This document shows, in pieces, positions 48,471-61,267 of a DNA stretch of 64,000 nucleotides. The notes beneath the pieces are model-generated. The model was not told the origin of the DNA. It searched no databases and saw nothing but the letters and a program-made list of their open reading frames with translations. Positions within the stretch are counted from its first letter, which is position 1. Each line of letters starts with the position of its first letter. The DNA lies in NCBI RefSeq assembly GCF_006345805.1, contig NC_043005.1, positions 19,344,001 to 19,408,000 of the forward strand, read 5' to 3'. This DNA comes from Octopus sinensis. Taxonomy: Eukaryota. Position numbers and translations under genes: made by a program.

Positions 48471-49448
48471 TATTGTTAAATTTTTAGCTAGATCAGGCAT
48501 GGATAAGATGATAATCTCGTGTTTAATTTTTCGATTTATACATCTGTATGTGATGCTGGTGTCGCTAACTTCTTTTGCCGGTAGCACCATGACAACACTT
48601 GCATAAATAGCTCTTACAATTTTTATTGCCTTAAGCGAAGTTTAGTTCTGTGTACTTATTGCGTTGACGAATGAAAAGTTCTTTCGTTATTCTACCAGAT
48701 TTGTTGTTTTTGTTGTTTTCGTTATATTGCGATTACTCCTGACCAGCTTAGGATCTCAGAGAATTAGCATCTGCAACACTGCTTGCTCGGGGCGTGAGCT
48801 GTATGTGTGATGGTGACGACTGTGGGAATTCCGTTGTTCACCGCTTATTCAAGAAAGAGTAGAACGTTAAGTAAGTGTGTTCGTGGCATGCTGTGTCTGT
48901 TAACACACAAGGCAGGAGGGACAGATTATCTCCTATATCCGCTACATACTTCAAAATTGAAAGTAGCTATTGTTAAAATTTATTACAAAACTATTAAGAG
49001 GTTTTTACAATGGACATAAAATATCGTTCTACGGTCAACTGACGTTCTACAGTCAATAAAGGATGTAAACTTCGGGAGTTGCCTGCTAACTGCATGAAAA
49101 CAATAATAGAGATTTTGGTTGGCTGAAATCAGTAAAAGTAATAAGTTTTCGAAACAAATTCGCCAGCGAAGAAATAACTTAGATTTCTCGTGTGCTTTTT
49201 TTTTTTTTTAAATTTTTTTGTGAAGACTACTTGAGGATGAAGTTGGGGCAATTAAGCATTGCAGATGATGATATCGATTAACACCCCTCCCCATCAAAAC
49301 TGCTAGCTTTGAGCCTAAATCAGAAACAAATATTTTTGTCGCTGCTGGTTTGGATTGGCAAACAGTCGTATCTGTTTTGACTATCTGAAGTGGTTGGGGT
49401 GTGTTTTCTATAGTTTCATTATTTTGCAAACTGTTTTCAGTAGGTGAA

Positions 49449-49483
<35 letters not shown>

Positions 49484-49522
49484 CCTCTCTCTCTCTCTCT
49501 CTCTCCCTCACTCTATCTCCCC

Positions 49523-49565
<43 letters not shown>

Positions 49566-51299
49566 GCTCGAATGGGACTTTTACTATTTAATTTAATTTC
49601 TTTGCCATAAGATATTTTTAAATAAATTTTCAAAACATGGCTTCTTCGAAACTGGCCGCCTGAAGAGGCTCCAACAATAGTAGTGACCGTCTTAATTACA
49701 CAAAGGAATGTAAACAAGAGTCTCTAAGAAATTAGATTTGAGAAATAAAATATTGTATGAGATATCGAGAGTGTTAAAACACTCTAAAATATAATATATT
49801 AATACAATAACATGAATGTGAATAATAACACCTAAGATGATAGCTTGGACAACGCTGTCAACAATAACAAGAATGTTAAAAGTATTGCAATGACTCAACA
49901 TGTGCATAACAGCCACGTGGATTAAGATCCACACTGTGTTACAAGAAAGGTTTTTGAAAAGAAATGTAGAACAATAGTACACACACACATGTAAATGCCG
50001 AACAAAAAGAACGAGTATTCAACACTGCATTAGTGGGTAAATATGTTTTATTTGTGTATTAAGGCTACCATTGGTTTCATGTTAAGACAATATCTTAATA
50101 TCTTAACGAGTTTTCAAGCCGATCAAATGGAGAAGTGGTCTTCATCTACATTTTCGATTAAAACACAAAAAAAATGACGGGATTTCGTGATAAAGTTCGA
50201 TAAACGAAACAAGAAAACAGGGGCACTACTCTTGTACCACACCTTTTGAGTGATTATCTCTTTTGGATTTGACTTTTGGAAAGAATTGTGCTGAAGGATG
50301 AGTTTGTTTATATTATATTATATTATATTATATCATATCATATCATATTATATTATATTATATTATATTATATTATATTATATTATATTATATTATATTA
50401 TAATATATTCTGGGTATGAGTAATGTTCGACGGAGTGGGTGGTGGTTCTTCTCAGAAATCTCGGAGTATAAGATATTGCTTGTGCACGTAAGGAGAGGTT
50501 TAATGCCAAATTTTTCAGATGTTATCTTTTGACTGAATGACGTTTACCTTTTCAGTAATACAAAACTCACATTTGGTACCCTGTATTTTCAAGTTTTAGT
50601 AATAATGCTCTATGTTATCTTGGGATTGCTTATTCCTCTTTCTTTCAATGTCCATATCCAATATGATATGAAGTTCGGAACGGATAGCCAAATATCAATA
50701 AACCCCGAGAACCATAAAGCATTTATGGTGGTATAATCTATCGAGAAATTAAGTGATAAACTTGGCCAGTCTGAGAATGAGAGCATACTTAGATGAAATT
50801 CGCTACCATACATATACGGTGGCAAATTCCACCTGAGTGTTACGCACAAAAGAAGGTCAATAGAAAAATGTGGAGCGTAGAATACAACAGCAATTCCTTG
50901 TGGTACAAACCACAGGTACACTGCTTTCCACCGTCTACGACTAGGGGAAAGATTTACGTTGCTCTGTCCTGATTAACTGCACCAATGCCCACAGGAATGT
51001 AGCATCGTTTGTTAAATAGTATCCAATCCGGTACAACATCAACCAAATATTCTAAATTTCTATTCCTACTCATAACCATGTGATGATGAGCAGAAAATCA
51101 TAGGACTTGAGACAAACGGAAATCCAGCGTTGGAAATGAAAAGAAATGTCCTAAACGAAAGGACCATGAGAGTTGAAATTCCACTCCTTCGTAAAGTTGA
51201 GTGTCTTCATGAGGTTCTTAAGCTTCAAGAATGTTTTAGAAGTCAATGTGGAGTTGATAGAACAAAATCTAAGAAAAATTAGTATCATATAGAAAATCA

Positions 51300-51475
51300 T
51301 TGTGGTTGAGGTAGTGGTGGTGGTAGCGGTGGCGGTGGCGGTGGAGGTGGCAGTGGCGGTGGCTGTGGCTGCGATGATGGTGGCGGTGGCGGTGGCGGCG
51401 GCGGTGGCGGAGGCGGCGGTGGCGGAGGCGGCGGTGGCGGAGGCGGCGGTGGCGGAGGCGGCGGTGCTGGTGCAG
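51300..51475. repeat. GC-rich (GGT/GGC) triplet-type repeat
   Basis: ggcggcggtggcgga units; explains the poly-A/V/T ORFs. Confidence 0.9.
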
Positions 51476-52807
51476 GAAGTAAAACGATTCCTTATCAACT
51501 CCCAGAAGTATAGATTGTCACAAAAACCCCTAAACTACAGTCAATGGAAAATATAAACAAAAAGTCTTTATTATTTAGTCGTAAACGACGATTCAGCGTA
51601 ATCAGGCTCATGCCCATGTGTTCTATCTAGGTTGACCGCACAAATCACAAACTTGTGATCAGTTTAGACAACTAGCAGTATACGTAAAGTATGTGCCTTT
51701 GTTTCAAACATTCTCCAACTTACAAAGATACAAGCATTCAATGTTAAACACTGCTATTATCGCCGTTGAACGAGGAAGCAATAAAAGTAGAGTAAGTGTT
51801 ACTTATCCCAAAGTGATTAATAAGTTGTCGGTGTGTGACAGATAATGAATTACATTCTTGAATAGCAAATTGCAGTGTTATTCCTAGATCCGAATAAGGG
51901 TGTTAGTTCGGATGGTGTGTAAGGATAGCGAAACTTGAAGCATCTTCATGTAATTTTTTTATAGGTCACTAGTTTGTTTGAAAATGAAAATTATAATAAA
52001 TTGCTAAGCTATAGTTAAAATGTTGTAGCGAAATGTAATTACATAAGAGAGTTTGAAAGTAATTTAGAAGCAGCTACTATAAAAGATTACGAAACCGAAA
52101 CGATGAAGGAAAGAATGGCGTTTGACAACTTAATTGATGCTATACATGAAGACTGTGTTGCTTAGGCGATAACATATATGTTAAAACACAAGATAATGGA
52201 GCCATTCAATGTACTCGTTTGGAGAGAGGTCATGAAAGCGTGAAAAATTATCTAACTACAAACAAAGAAGAGTACCATGATATCTGGTTATTCCAAACAA
52301 ATATGCGCAACGTTCTGTAATATTCGGTGAAAATTGTGGAAAATGCAGTGGAGTGGCAATTGCGGTCTTCCATGTCTATCACGAAGATCTGTAATTCACA
52401 TCGTAGAAGGCATAGTGGTATGAATATCCAATTTCAGATTCTGAAATATCGAATCTAATGTCCTACTGAATGATCAATACGTCGCCGCAAGTTCGTGCTT
52501 TTACGAACTTTATTGTAACAAATCTCCCGTGTTCGTCCCTCTCCTAATAAACGTTAATCGCAACTGGTACAATTGGTGAAAGATGATCTTAGTAACCTTA
52601 TAAAGATGCTGACAAAGCAAGTCAATAAGTAGTGGGATTGTGTAAAGAAAACCCGTCAAACATATTCAAACGCAGAAAAGCAGGTGTCATATAATAAGGA
52701 CAATGATATAAATATATATATAATAAATCTCTATATACCACACATACACACACATACTCACACACACACACACGCGCACATGCATTTATATATGTGTGCG
52801 TGTGTGC

Positions 52808-52864
<57 letters not shown>

Positions 52865-52867
<3 letters not shown>

Positions 52868-53152
52868 GAGGTGCAATGGCCCAGTGGTTAGGGCAGCGGA
52901 CTCGATTCCCAGACCGGGCTTTGTGTGTGTTTATTGAGCGAAAACATCTAAATCTTCACGAGGCTCCGGCGGGGGGGGGGGCGATCCCTGCTGTACTCTT
53001 TCGCCACAACTTTCTCTCACTCTTTCTTCTGTTGGCCAGCTCGCTTAGCCAGCGGGGTGGCGTCATTTGAAGGCTAAAACAATGCGAAGCGCATTGTGAC
53101 CAGCGATGTGTTGCAACATCTGATAGCCTGGTCGGTTACGGTGATCACGGTG
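52865..53152 (+). mobile_element. SINE with family C head and a third type of 3' body, in (TA)n
   Basis: Head gtggaggtgcaatggcccagtgg, then ggccagctcgcttagccagcgggg..ggtgatcacggtga. Confidence 0.75.
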
Positions 53153-53706
53153 ATATATATATATATATATATATATAAATGTGTGTGTGAGATTTTCCGG
53201 GGTAGAGGATGTTTCCGTTATTTTTGAGAAAATCGTGGAGGAAGCGGCTTCTCAAGTAGTAAAGTACTAACATAAAACTTGTAGATAATATAGTATAAGT
53301 CATTTTGCAATGCTTGTCACTGGAACCTACAATGGCGACCAAGAGTGTGGCGAAGGTGCTGTACAAGGTTTTGTCACTTAAATTCAATGACGTACAGACG
53401 GACACACTGTATGCAAGAAACTTTCACCAAAGATGAGGTAATAATCAAGTATGTATGTACGTACGTCCGTATGTATGTATAAAAAAAAATAATGTATGTA
53501 TGTATGTATGTATGTATGTATGTATGTATGTATGTATGTATGCTCGTACGTATGTATATATGTTTGTATGTACAACTTATAAACAAGGGCAAAAGAAAAA
53601 AATTATATGCCAAATATGCCGAGAATAGACTTTAAATCGTCAATAAACACATATAATTCATCACTATAAGCACGTGTCTCCCAGCAAACTGACAGAAATT
53701 TCTGAG

Positions 53707-53737
<31 letters not shown>

Positions 53738-53798
53738 TGTATGTATGTATGTATGTATGTATGTATGTATGTAGGTAGGTAGGTAGGTATGCATATAT

Positions 53799-54405
53799 GT
53801 TGTTATTTAGTTTTATTTCAGGATTTCTTGCCAATAGAGAAAGAGCCGGTTCCTAACCTAGATCCAAGATTCCTTCACTGGAATTTTAACATCAACAGGG
53901 TATTTTGTATGCATGTATGCAGGTATATATGTATGTATGCATTTATGTATATATGTATGCATGTATGTGTATGTATGTATGTATGTATGTATGTATGTAT
54001 GTATGTATGTATGTATATGTGTAGATCTGTATGTTTTGTTTTATATATGTATTCTCATGCATATAACTACATATCTAGACATGTTCATATATTCATAAAA
54101 TTCAGGTAAGTTTTATAGAGTTTTACAGTTCAAATGATGGCTTGGATCTGTAGTCTTCGAATCAGCTTTCTCCTTTCTAGTTTTGAGAAGCCTAATTTCT
54201 CAAGATTCATATTTAGGAAGTGTATTACATATCCCAATGCCCCAATACTTACAGGTATAAACTTGAGCTGGTAATCTGGATAGTTCAGCGTAAGTATTTT
54301 CTCTTTCGCTGATCTTTATCTTTAGGCTAACATCCGCTGGGCAGCTGATTTCCACAACTTTACAGTTTCTCTTCTCCATCCCAAATCATTATGTCAGGTC
54401 TTAGG
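53799..54405 (-). mobile_element. 5'-truncated RLE non-LTR retrotransposon in (CATA)n, copy 1
   Basis: Minus strand: [57 protein letters not shown], then a 3' UTR containing (CATA)n. Confidence 0.8.
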
Positions 54406-54493
54406 TATGTATGTATTTATGTATGTATGTATATATGTATGCATGTATGTATGTATATATTATGTAATGTATGTATGTAATGTATGTATGTAT

Positions 54494-54611
54494 GTCGTTA
54501 TTCAGTTTATTTCAAGATTTCTCGCCAATAATGAACCGGTTTCTAACCTTGATCCAAGGTTCCTTCACTGGAATATCAACATCAACAACAGGGTATTTTT
54601 GTTTTTAATTG

Positions 54612-54645
<34 letters not shown>

Positions 54646-54989
54646 TGTATGCATGTATGCTTGCATGTATGCATGTATGTATGCATGTATGTATGCATGC
54701 ATGTATGTATGTATGTATGTATGTATGTATGTATGAATGTATGCATGTATGTTTGCATGTATGTATGTATGTATTGATGTATGTATGCATGTATGTGCAG
54801 ATGTATATGCTTTATGCATGCGGTCTCATGCATATAGTTGCATATCTAGACATGCTCATATATATTTAAATGATATTTTTCTAGAAAGGTTTGCAGATTT
54901 TTAGTTCCAGTGATGGATTGGATCTGTAGTCTTCGAATTAGCTTTCTCCTTTCTGGTTTTGAGAAGCCTAGTTTCTCAAGAATGGTATT
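54494..54989 (-). mobile_element. 5'-truncated RLE non-LTR retrotransposon in (CATA)n, copy 2
   Basis: [27 protein letters not shown]; 3' UTR homologous to copy 1; shorter 5' extent. Confidence 0.8.
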
Positions 54990-55443
54990 ATGTATGAATG
55001 TATGTATGTATGTATGTATGTATGTATGTATGTATGTATGTATGTATGTATGTATGTATGGATGGATGGATGGATGGATGGATGGATAGATGGATGGATA
55101 GATGGATGTATGCATGCATGCATGTATGAATGTATGTACGTATGTATATATGTATGTGTGTATGTGTGCATTTCTGTATGTGCGAATATATGTGTGCATG
55201 TATGTAGTTATGTATGTATATATGTGTGCTTTAATGTATGCGTACACATGACAGTCTTCAGCATACTTTTCCGTCTATCAAGTTCCACTCGCAAATTACC
55301 GATAAAGCCGAAGTTGTGGCAGAGGACTTCCCCAAGACGCGCTTGACCGAAATCAGACTTGGAGGCACGTGGGAGCGACGGGAACTTCTTAGCAACACGG
55401 CTTATATACCGGCAGCGGTATATAAGACAGCAATATATATGTA

Positions 55444-55890
55444 AGGCGGCGAGCTAGCAGAATCGTTAGCACGTCGGGCGAAATGCTTAGCGGTATTTCG
55501 GCTGCCGTTACGTCGTGAGTTCAAATTCCGCCGAGGTCGACTTTGCCTTTCATCCTTTCGGAGTCGATAAATTAAGTACCAGTTAAGCACTGGGGTCGAT
55601 ATAATCGACTTAATACCTATGTCTGTCCATGTTTGTCCCCTCTATGTTTAGCCCCTTGTGGGTAATAAAGAAATAGGTATATAAGGCAGCAAGTTGGCAG
55701 AAGCGTTAGCATGCCGCGCAAAATGCTTAGCAGCATTTCGTCCGTCATTAGGGTTCTGAGTTCAAATTCCGCCGATGTCTACTTTGCCTTCTATCCTTTC
55801 GAGATCGATAAAATAAATGCCAGTGACGCACTGAGAATGATGTAATTGACTTAATTCCGCGCTCCAAGTTGCTGACCTTGTGCCAAAATT
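55444..55890 (+). mobile_element. Two head-to-tail family B SINEs (long then short type)
   Basis: Heads at ~55444 and ~55684. Confidence 0.85.
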
Positions 55891-56425
55891 TAAAATCAAT
55901 ATTATTCATACAAGTGTTCTCAGTGTTGCTGCTATCAATGTCATAATTATTGCTGCTGTTCGGTTAATTATTTCCCATCATAATCCACCCAACAAAAAAA
56001 AATGCATTTTCTTCTTATTTATTTTACGGATAAATATAGCTAACATTATAATGGGAATCATTTAAATAGCCATATTTAAATTAATTTATGTCGAGAAAAC
56101 TAAAACAAAACTCCAAAAACATATTACAATGAAACTTTCTTATTATTATTTTCTTTGATATTTTAGCATTTAAACAAAGTTTCCCTTAATACGCTAGAGA
56201 AACCAAATTTAATAACATTTCAAACTTGAGTTGCTTGAAATCAAATATATTCACGGTAAATCCGACAATATGAACGAAGACAGCAACAACAATGACAATA
56301 AAAACTACAATAAAAATCGCAAGAAGAAGAAGGAGTGTTTTTCAAACATAAATATACATTTAATGTTCTTTTACATGCTTATATATTTAGACATGTAAAT
56401 CGTTGAATTTTCGATACATGCAATT

Positions 56426-56551
56426 ATGAAAATTTATTTACATTATTTCCAGTTGACGGATATTTGTCCTCGTCTTGTTTGTTGTTAACACAACGTTTCG
56501 GCTTCCAACCTTCATGGTTTCTCATCTCTAAGGTATTTTTCGATGTTGTTG

Positions 56552-56607
<56 letters not shown>

Positions 56608-56965
56608 TTATTATTATCATTATTATTATTATTATCATTATCACTGCTTGGAATCAAACTCGGAACTTGGGTTTAACGCACTCTTAACCATTACGCCTTA
56701 TACCCGTGGGCAATTATGGAGTGAATTTTAGGGATTATGAATCTAATATTCTCCTATCCTTCCTTAATACCGGTTCCCACATGCTGTTCATATCTGCACT
56801 CGGTCTGCTTAGGAGATTGCTGTGTCCTAGCATATGTGCTGCTTCTTTTAGTTTTCGTATTTTCCAGTGGTGTTCTCTGTCTATTATTTTAACTTCATCC
56901 CCCAACAAGCAAGATGAGGACAAATATCCGACAATTGTAATTAATGTACATAATTCCTCATCTCT
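56426..56965 (-). mobile_element. Short Penelope-like insertion with inverted pseudo-LTR
   Basis: ORF 56735..56923 VKIIDREHHWKIRKLKEAAHM..WEPVL (GIY-YIG C-terminus); 56426-56490 is inverted at 56903-56965. Confidence 0.8.
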
Positions 56966-57284
56966 TAAATATAGAACTGAACTACGGTAATTTCACCCAT
57001 TCGGGACCCAAATTTGCTGGAACATTTTCCAAAGCCAGCGAACTAAAGGCGGAGCTGAAGGTGATTCACAGGAGAGGAATGGAATTTACATCGTCGAAAA
57101 TTCGAAGTATAAATTTTGCGCCACTGTTATTGCAGCAAACGGCAATAGCAATAACAGTAATAAAAACTACATACACAACAGCAACGTTAGCAAAAGCAAT
57201 AGCGACAGCAACAATGGCAATCATGGCGACAAAAATAGCAGAAACGTCAACGTCAATTGCAGCTGCAGCAGCAGCAGCAGCAGC

Positions 57285-57482
57285 GTGGATGCGCAATGGC
57301 CCAGTGATTAGGGCAGCGGACTCGCGGTCGTAAGAACGCGGTTTCGATTCCCAGACCGGGTATTGTGAGTGTTTATTGAGCAAAAACACCTAAGTTCCAC
57401 GAGGTTCCGGCGGGGAGGGGTGGTGAACCCCGCTGTACACTTTCACGACAACTTTCTCTCTCTCTTTCTTCCTATTTCTGCC
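57285..57482 (+). mobile_element. Family C SINE 5' half
   Basis: gcgcaatggcccagtgattagggcagcggactcgcgg..caactttctctc. Confidence 0.8.
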
Positions 57483-58849
57483 ACAACGCGGAGGAACCAT
57501 GGTGTAACCCACTATGGTGTGATAAACTTTCAGACTCTAGTCTAGATTGCGAATCCTCTGTACCCCAGGATGGTTCAGCCCTCCACCCGTTAAAAGCCAC
57601 CGTTTACAGAATGAGGATAACAACGTAGCTTTTGCGCCCGTGCAACCGCCAGTCTATCGCGTGTAGTGGGTGGATTTTCAAGTTTGCCACACGCATTCTT
57701 AGTAGCTTAGAGTAGGCTCGAATTAGAGATTATTCTTCGTGGCTAATGACGTGAGTCCTGATTGGAAGAAGAAGAAAGAGAAACAGCAGCAGTAACATCA
57801 GTAGCAACAGAAACGACGACGGCAGCAATGAAAGTGTAGACGAAAGCAGCAAAAGGCTTTATCCCCTAACAACAGCAATAGCATTCTCGTTTGTACAACT
57901 CCTCATTGGAGGAGACACAGGCCAAACTGAAGGACCCGCTCGATTTGGGAAAATTCAGGAGAGTAGAGCACCTCTACCGTTCTCGCCTGAAATTCTCGCT
58001 GCTACTGTTAAAAAAAAAGCAAGAATTTATCCCTGTATGTCGTTAAAAAGGCTTTATCCTGCCCGGATGGATGGCATCACATCCAGTATCCATCTAGAGG
58101 AAATTGGTTCGGAGGAGTCGAAGGGGTAAATAAGAATGATATTAGGTTCGAAGAGGTTGGTGTGTACACACTAGTCTCAATGGCCTCGAAAACCGAAAGA
58201 TTATTCAGCAATTATGCCTTGTAAAGTGTGTAGAAACTAAAGTAGTGAGATTTACAAAGCAAGGCAGACAACCCAGTTACTAAATGTGTGGCAGCCAGAG
58301 TAACTTCAGGGCTTTTCTGTCCTGAGAAAATGGGAAAGCAGAGAAAAAAAACTGGCGGTGGAAAACTGCAAAACCATTAAAAGCAGGAGATGTGTTCTTG
58401 GAGGTTGCTGCAGCACCAACGTTTGCAGCTAATAAAACCGAAGAACTTAAGGTTATCCCAGGCCATCATCTTGTGACGAAAAGGAAGCAATAGAGATTGG
58501 TGAGGAGAGAAAGACTGTTAGCGAAGGAGATAAATGAGAGAAAATACACAAGTGGGAGAGAAATCTATCCCTAAGGAATCGCTTAACTCCACACTGGTCT
58601 GAAAGGATAACAAATGTATTGCTCACTGGAGGAGAATGATGAATATGCTGACGGTCTGTGAATTAAGGTTATCAATACCAGCAGCCAGTGGATCAACGCT
58701 AATATCTGCGACACAGTGTAGCTTATGTGTTGAGCGTATACAGAATAATTGTATATCGTTCATTATGGCCAGCTGAACCGTAAGCTCTTCGCGTTTCAGC
58801 TGACCAAGAACATTGCCTTAATTGTATGCATATGTATTTATTCATTACG

Positions 58850-59310
<461 letters not shown>

Positions 59311-60189
59311 CTTATATATTACTTAACAACTCTGTTTCTCGTTTTTATGGTTTATTTATTATATTTCTATTCAAATTTTATTCCTTGGTGCAGTAAAAGT
59401 GACTACAAAATATACCATCCAGACACCTGAAAAGAAAAATAAAGTTGCAGCATAGAGATTACTGAACACAATGTGCAGAAAGAAAAACAAAAAGTACTTT
59501 CCCAAAAGAATATAAAAAATATTGATGATATTGTCATTGAAAATATCTTTTGCCAATAACATTCGCTCACACCCGCATACAGCGTGAAGCCAAAATATTA
59601 AGAATGTTACAAATGGGTTTACTGTTTGCATGCGTAACAATCCCAGTAGAGGCTTTGGATATAGAAATTTTCCCTGCAAATACTATCATTTGCGATATCG
59701 TGTTGTACAACACTAATTTGTAACTTTATTGCCAACTTTGTTTCGAACCTTTGGAGGTTGGTCAGTGCAGCGGTAAAATGTTGTTGAGTGGAGTCACGAT
59801 GGACTCACAAGTTTTCATAAACTCTGTAAACCAGAAGTCCGTATCGGGGCTGTGGTCCTTTAGAATGTGGAGACAACGGGCATCATACAGATGGTAGAGA
59901 GCAAAACGCCTGTTGCTACATATGAGGTTGTAAAAAAAGTCTCTCTTAAATACATTTAGCTCCGAGAAACAGGAAAGTCCAAAAAAGCGAAGGGAAATAA
60001 ACAGTGGAAAGTAACCGAGGTAGCAAAGAGACCAAGAGGCTTAAATTCCCAAAGCCTCATCAATCCCATCTCCAGAAATGGTGGAGGAGGTCACCTGGTC
60101 CTCGAAACACGTGATTGAGCAATCCGTCCTTTGATCGTAATGACTAACAGCCCACTCTGTTACGAGCAGAAGAGAACCAAAGTCATAAA

Positions 60190-60308
60190 GCTGACTGCTA
60201 TATCACGTTGAAAACACCGGTTTTCGTCCACTCACCGAAGTTAAGCAAAGTCGAGCCTAGTTAGTACTTAGATAGATGACCTCTTGGGAAACCTAGGTGC
60301 TGTAAACG
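60190..60308 (+). pseudogene. 5S rRNA-derived sequence (pseudogene or SINE head)
   Basis: atatcacgttgaaaacaccgg..tcgtcc..tcaccgaagttaagcaa.gtcgagcc..gttagtactt.gat.gatgacc..tgggaa..c.aggtgctgta is colinear with 5S rRNA over ~119 nt, with many substitutions. Confidence 0.85.
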
Positions 60309-60399
60309 TCATCCATCCCTTTTAAAGACGGTGCTCCAGCATGGCCGCAGTCAAATGACAGAAACAATTTAAAGAATAAAAGAGCTCAGTATATCTGTA

Positions 60400-60860
60400 G
60401 TTCTAATGAGTCTTGTGTTTTCGTGTTTGCATATTTCCAGTCCTTCCAAAGGCACACATTGACATCTCAGTGATTATTTCTGCACATTCCGGTTATCTCT
60501 ATATATAGATCTATATATCGAAATGATTTTTTCATTTACTTAAAAAATACATTATCGTTTGCTGGGATTGAAACTGTTGGGATTTAGGAAGCATATTCTT
60601 TCTTATGTGTTCCTGATAACAATTACCCGGATGATTATTCTTGACTTCTCTGTCTATAGATTGGGATATCCCTGAGGACGGTGGCTTTCTCATTCCCTGG
60701 AGTATGTTCTGCAGGATCTTTATATCATCTCCTTTATGTTGGTTTTTCATAATCCTGGTGTAATTTCCAAATGTAAAAGTCTCAATGCTGTCGTGCCTGT
60801 ATAAAAATTCCCTCTTAGTAGAGACTCGATAGCAAAAACAGCGTGAATGTTTTCCCCACT
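60400..60860 (-). mobile_element. Degenerate R4/Dong-like CCHC plus RLE fragment
   Basis: KREFLYRHD; NEKATVLRDIPI; SIPANDNVFFK*MKK..YIDLYIEITGM. Confidence 0.7.
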
Positions 60861-60876
60861 TCTCTATATATATAAT

Positions 60877-61267
60877 GTGGAGGCGCAATGGCCCAGTGGT
60901 TAGGGCAACGGACTCGCGGTCATAGGATCGCGGTTTCGATTCCCAGACCGGGCGTTTTGAGTGTTTATTGAGCGAAAACACCTAAAAGCTCCACGAGGCT
61001 CCGGCAGGGGATGGTGGTGATCCCTGCTGTACTCTTTCACCACAACTTTCTCTCACTCTTACTTCCTGTTTCTGTTGTACCTGTATTTCAAGGGGCTGGC
61101 CTTGTCACTCTCTGTGTCACGCTGAATATCCCCGAGAACTACGTTAAGGGTGCACGTGTCTGTGGAGTGCTCAGCCACTTACACGTTAATTTCACGAGCA
61201 GGCTGTTCCGTTGATTCGGATCAACCGTAACCCTCATCGTCGTTACCGACGGAGTGCTTCCATCCAT
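60877..61267 (+). mobile_element. SINE family C, full length
   Basis: TSD ctatatatataat on both sides. Confidence 0.92.

Noticed and set aside
57500-58700. Complex sequence, possibly a LINE ORF1 or UTR remnant
   Set aside because: No motif strong enough to name a family.
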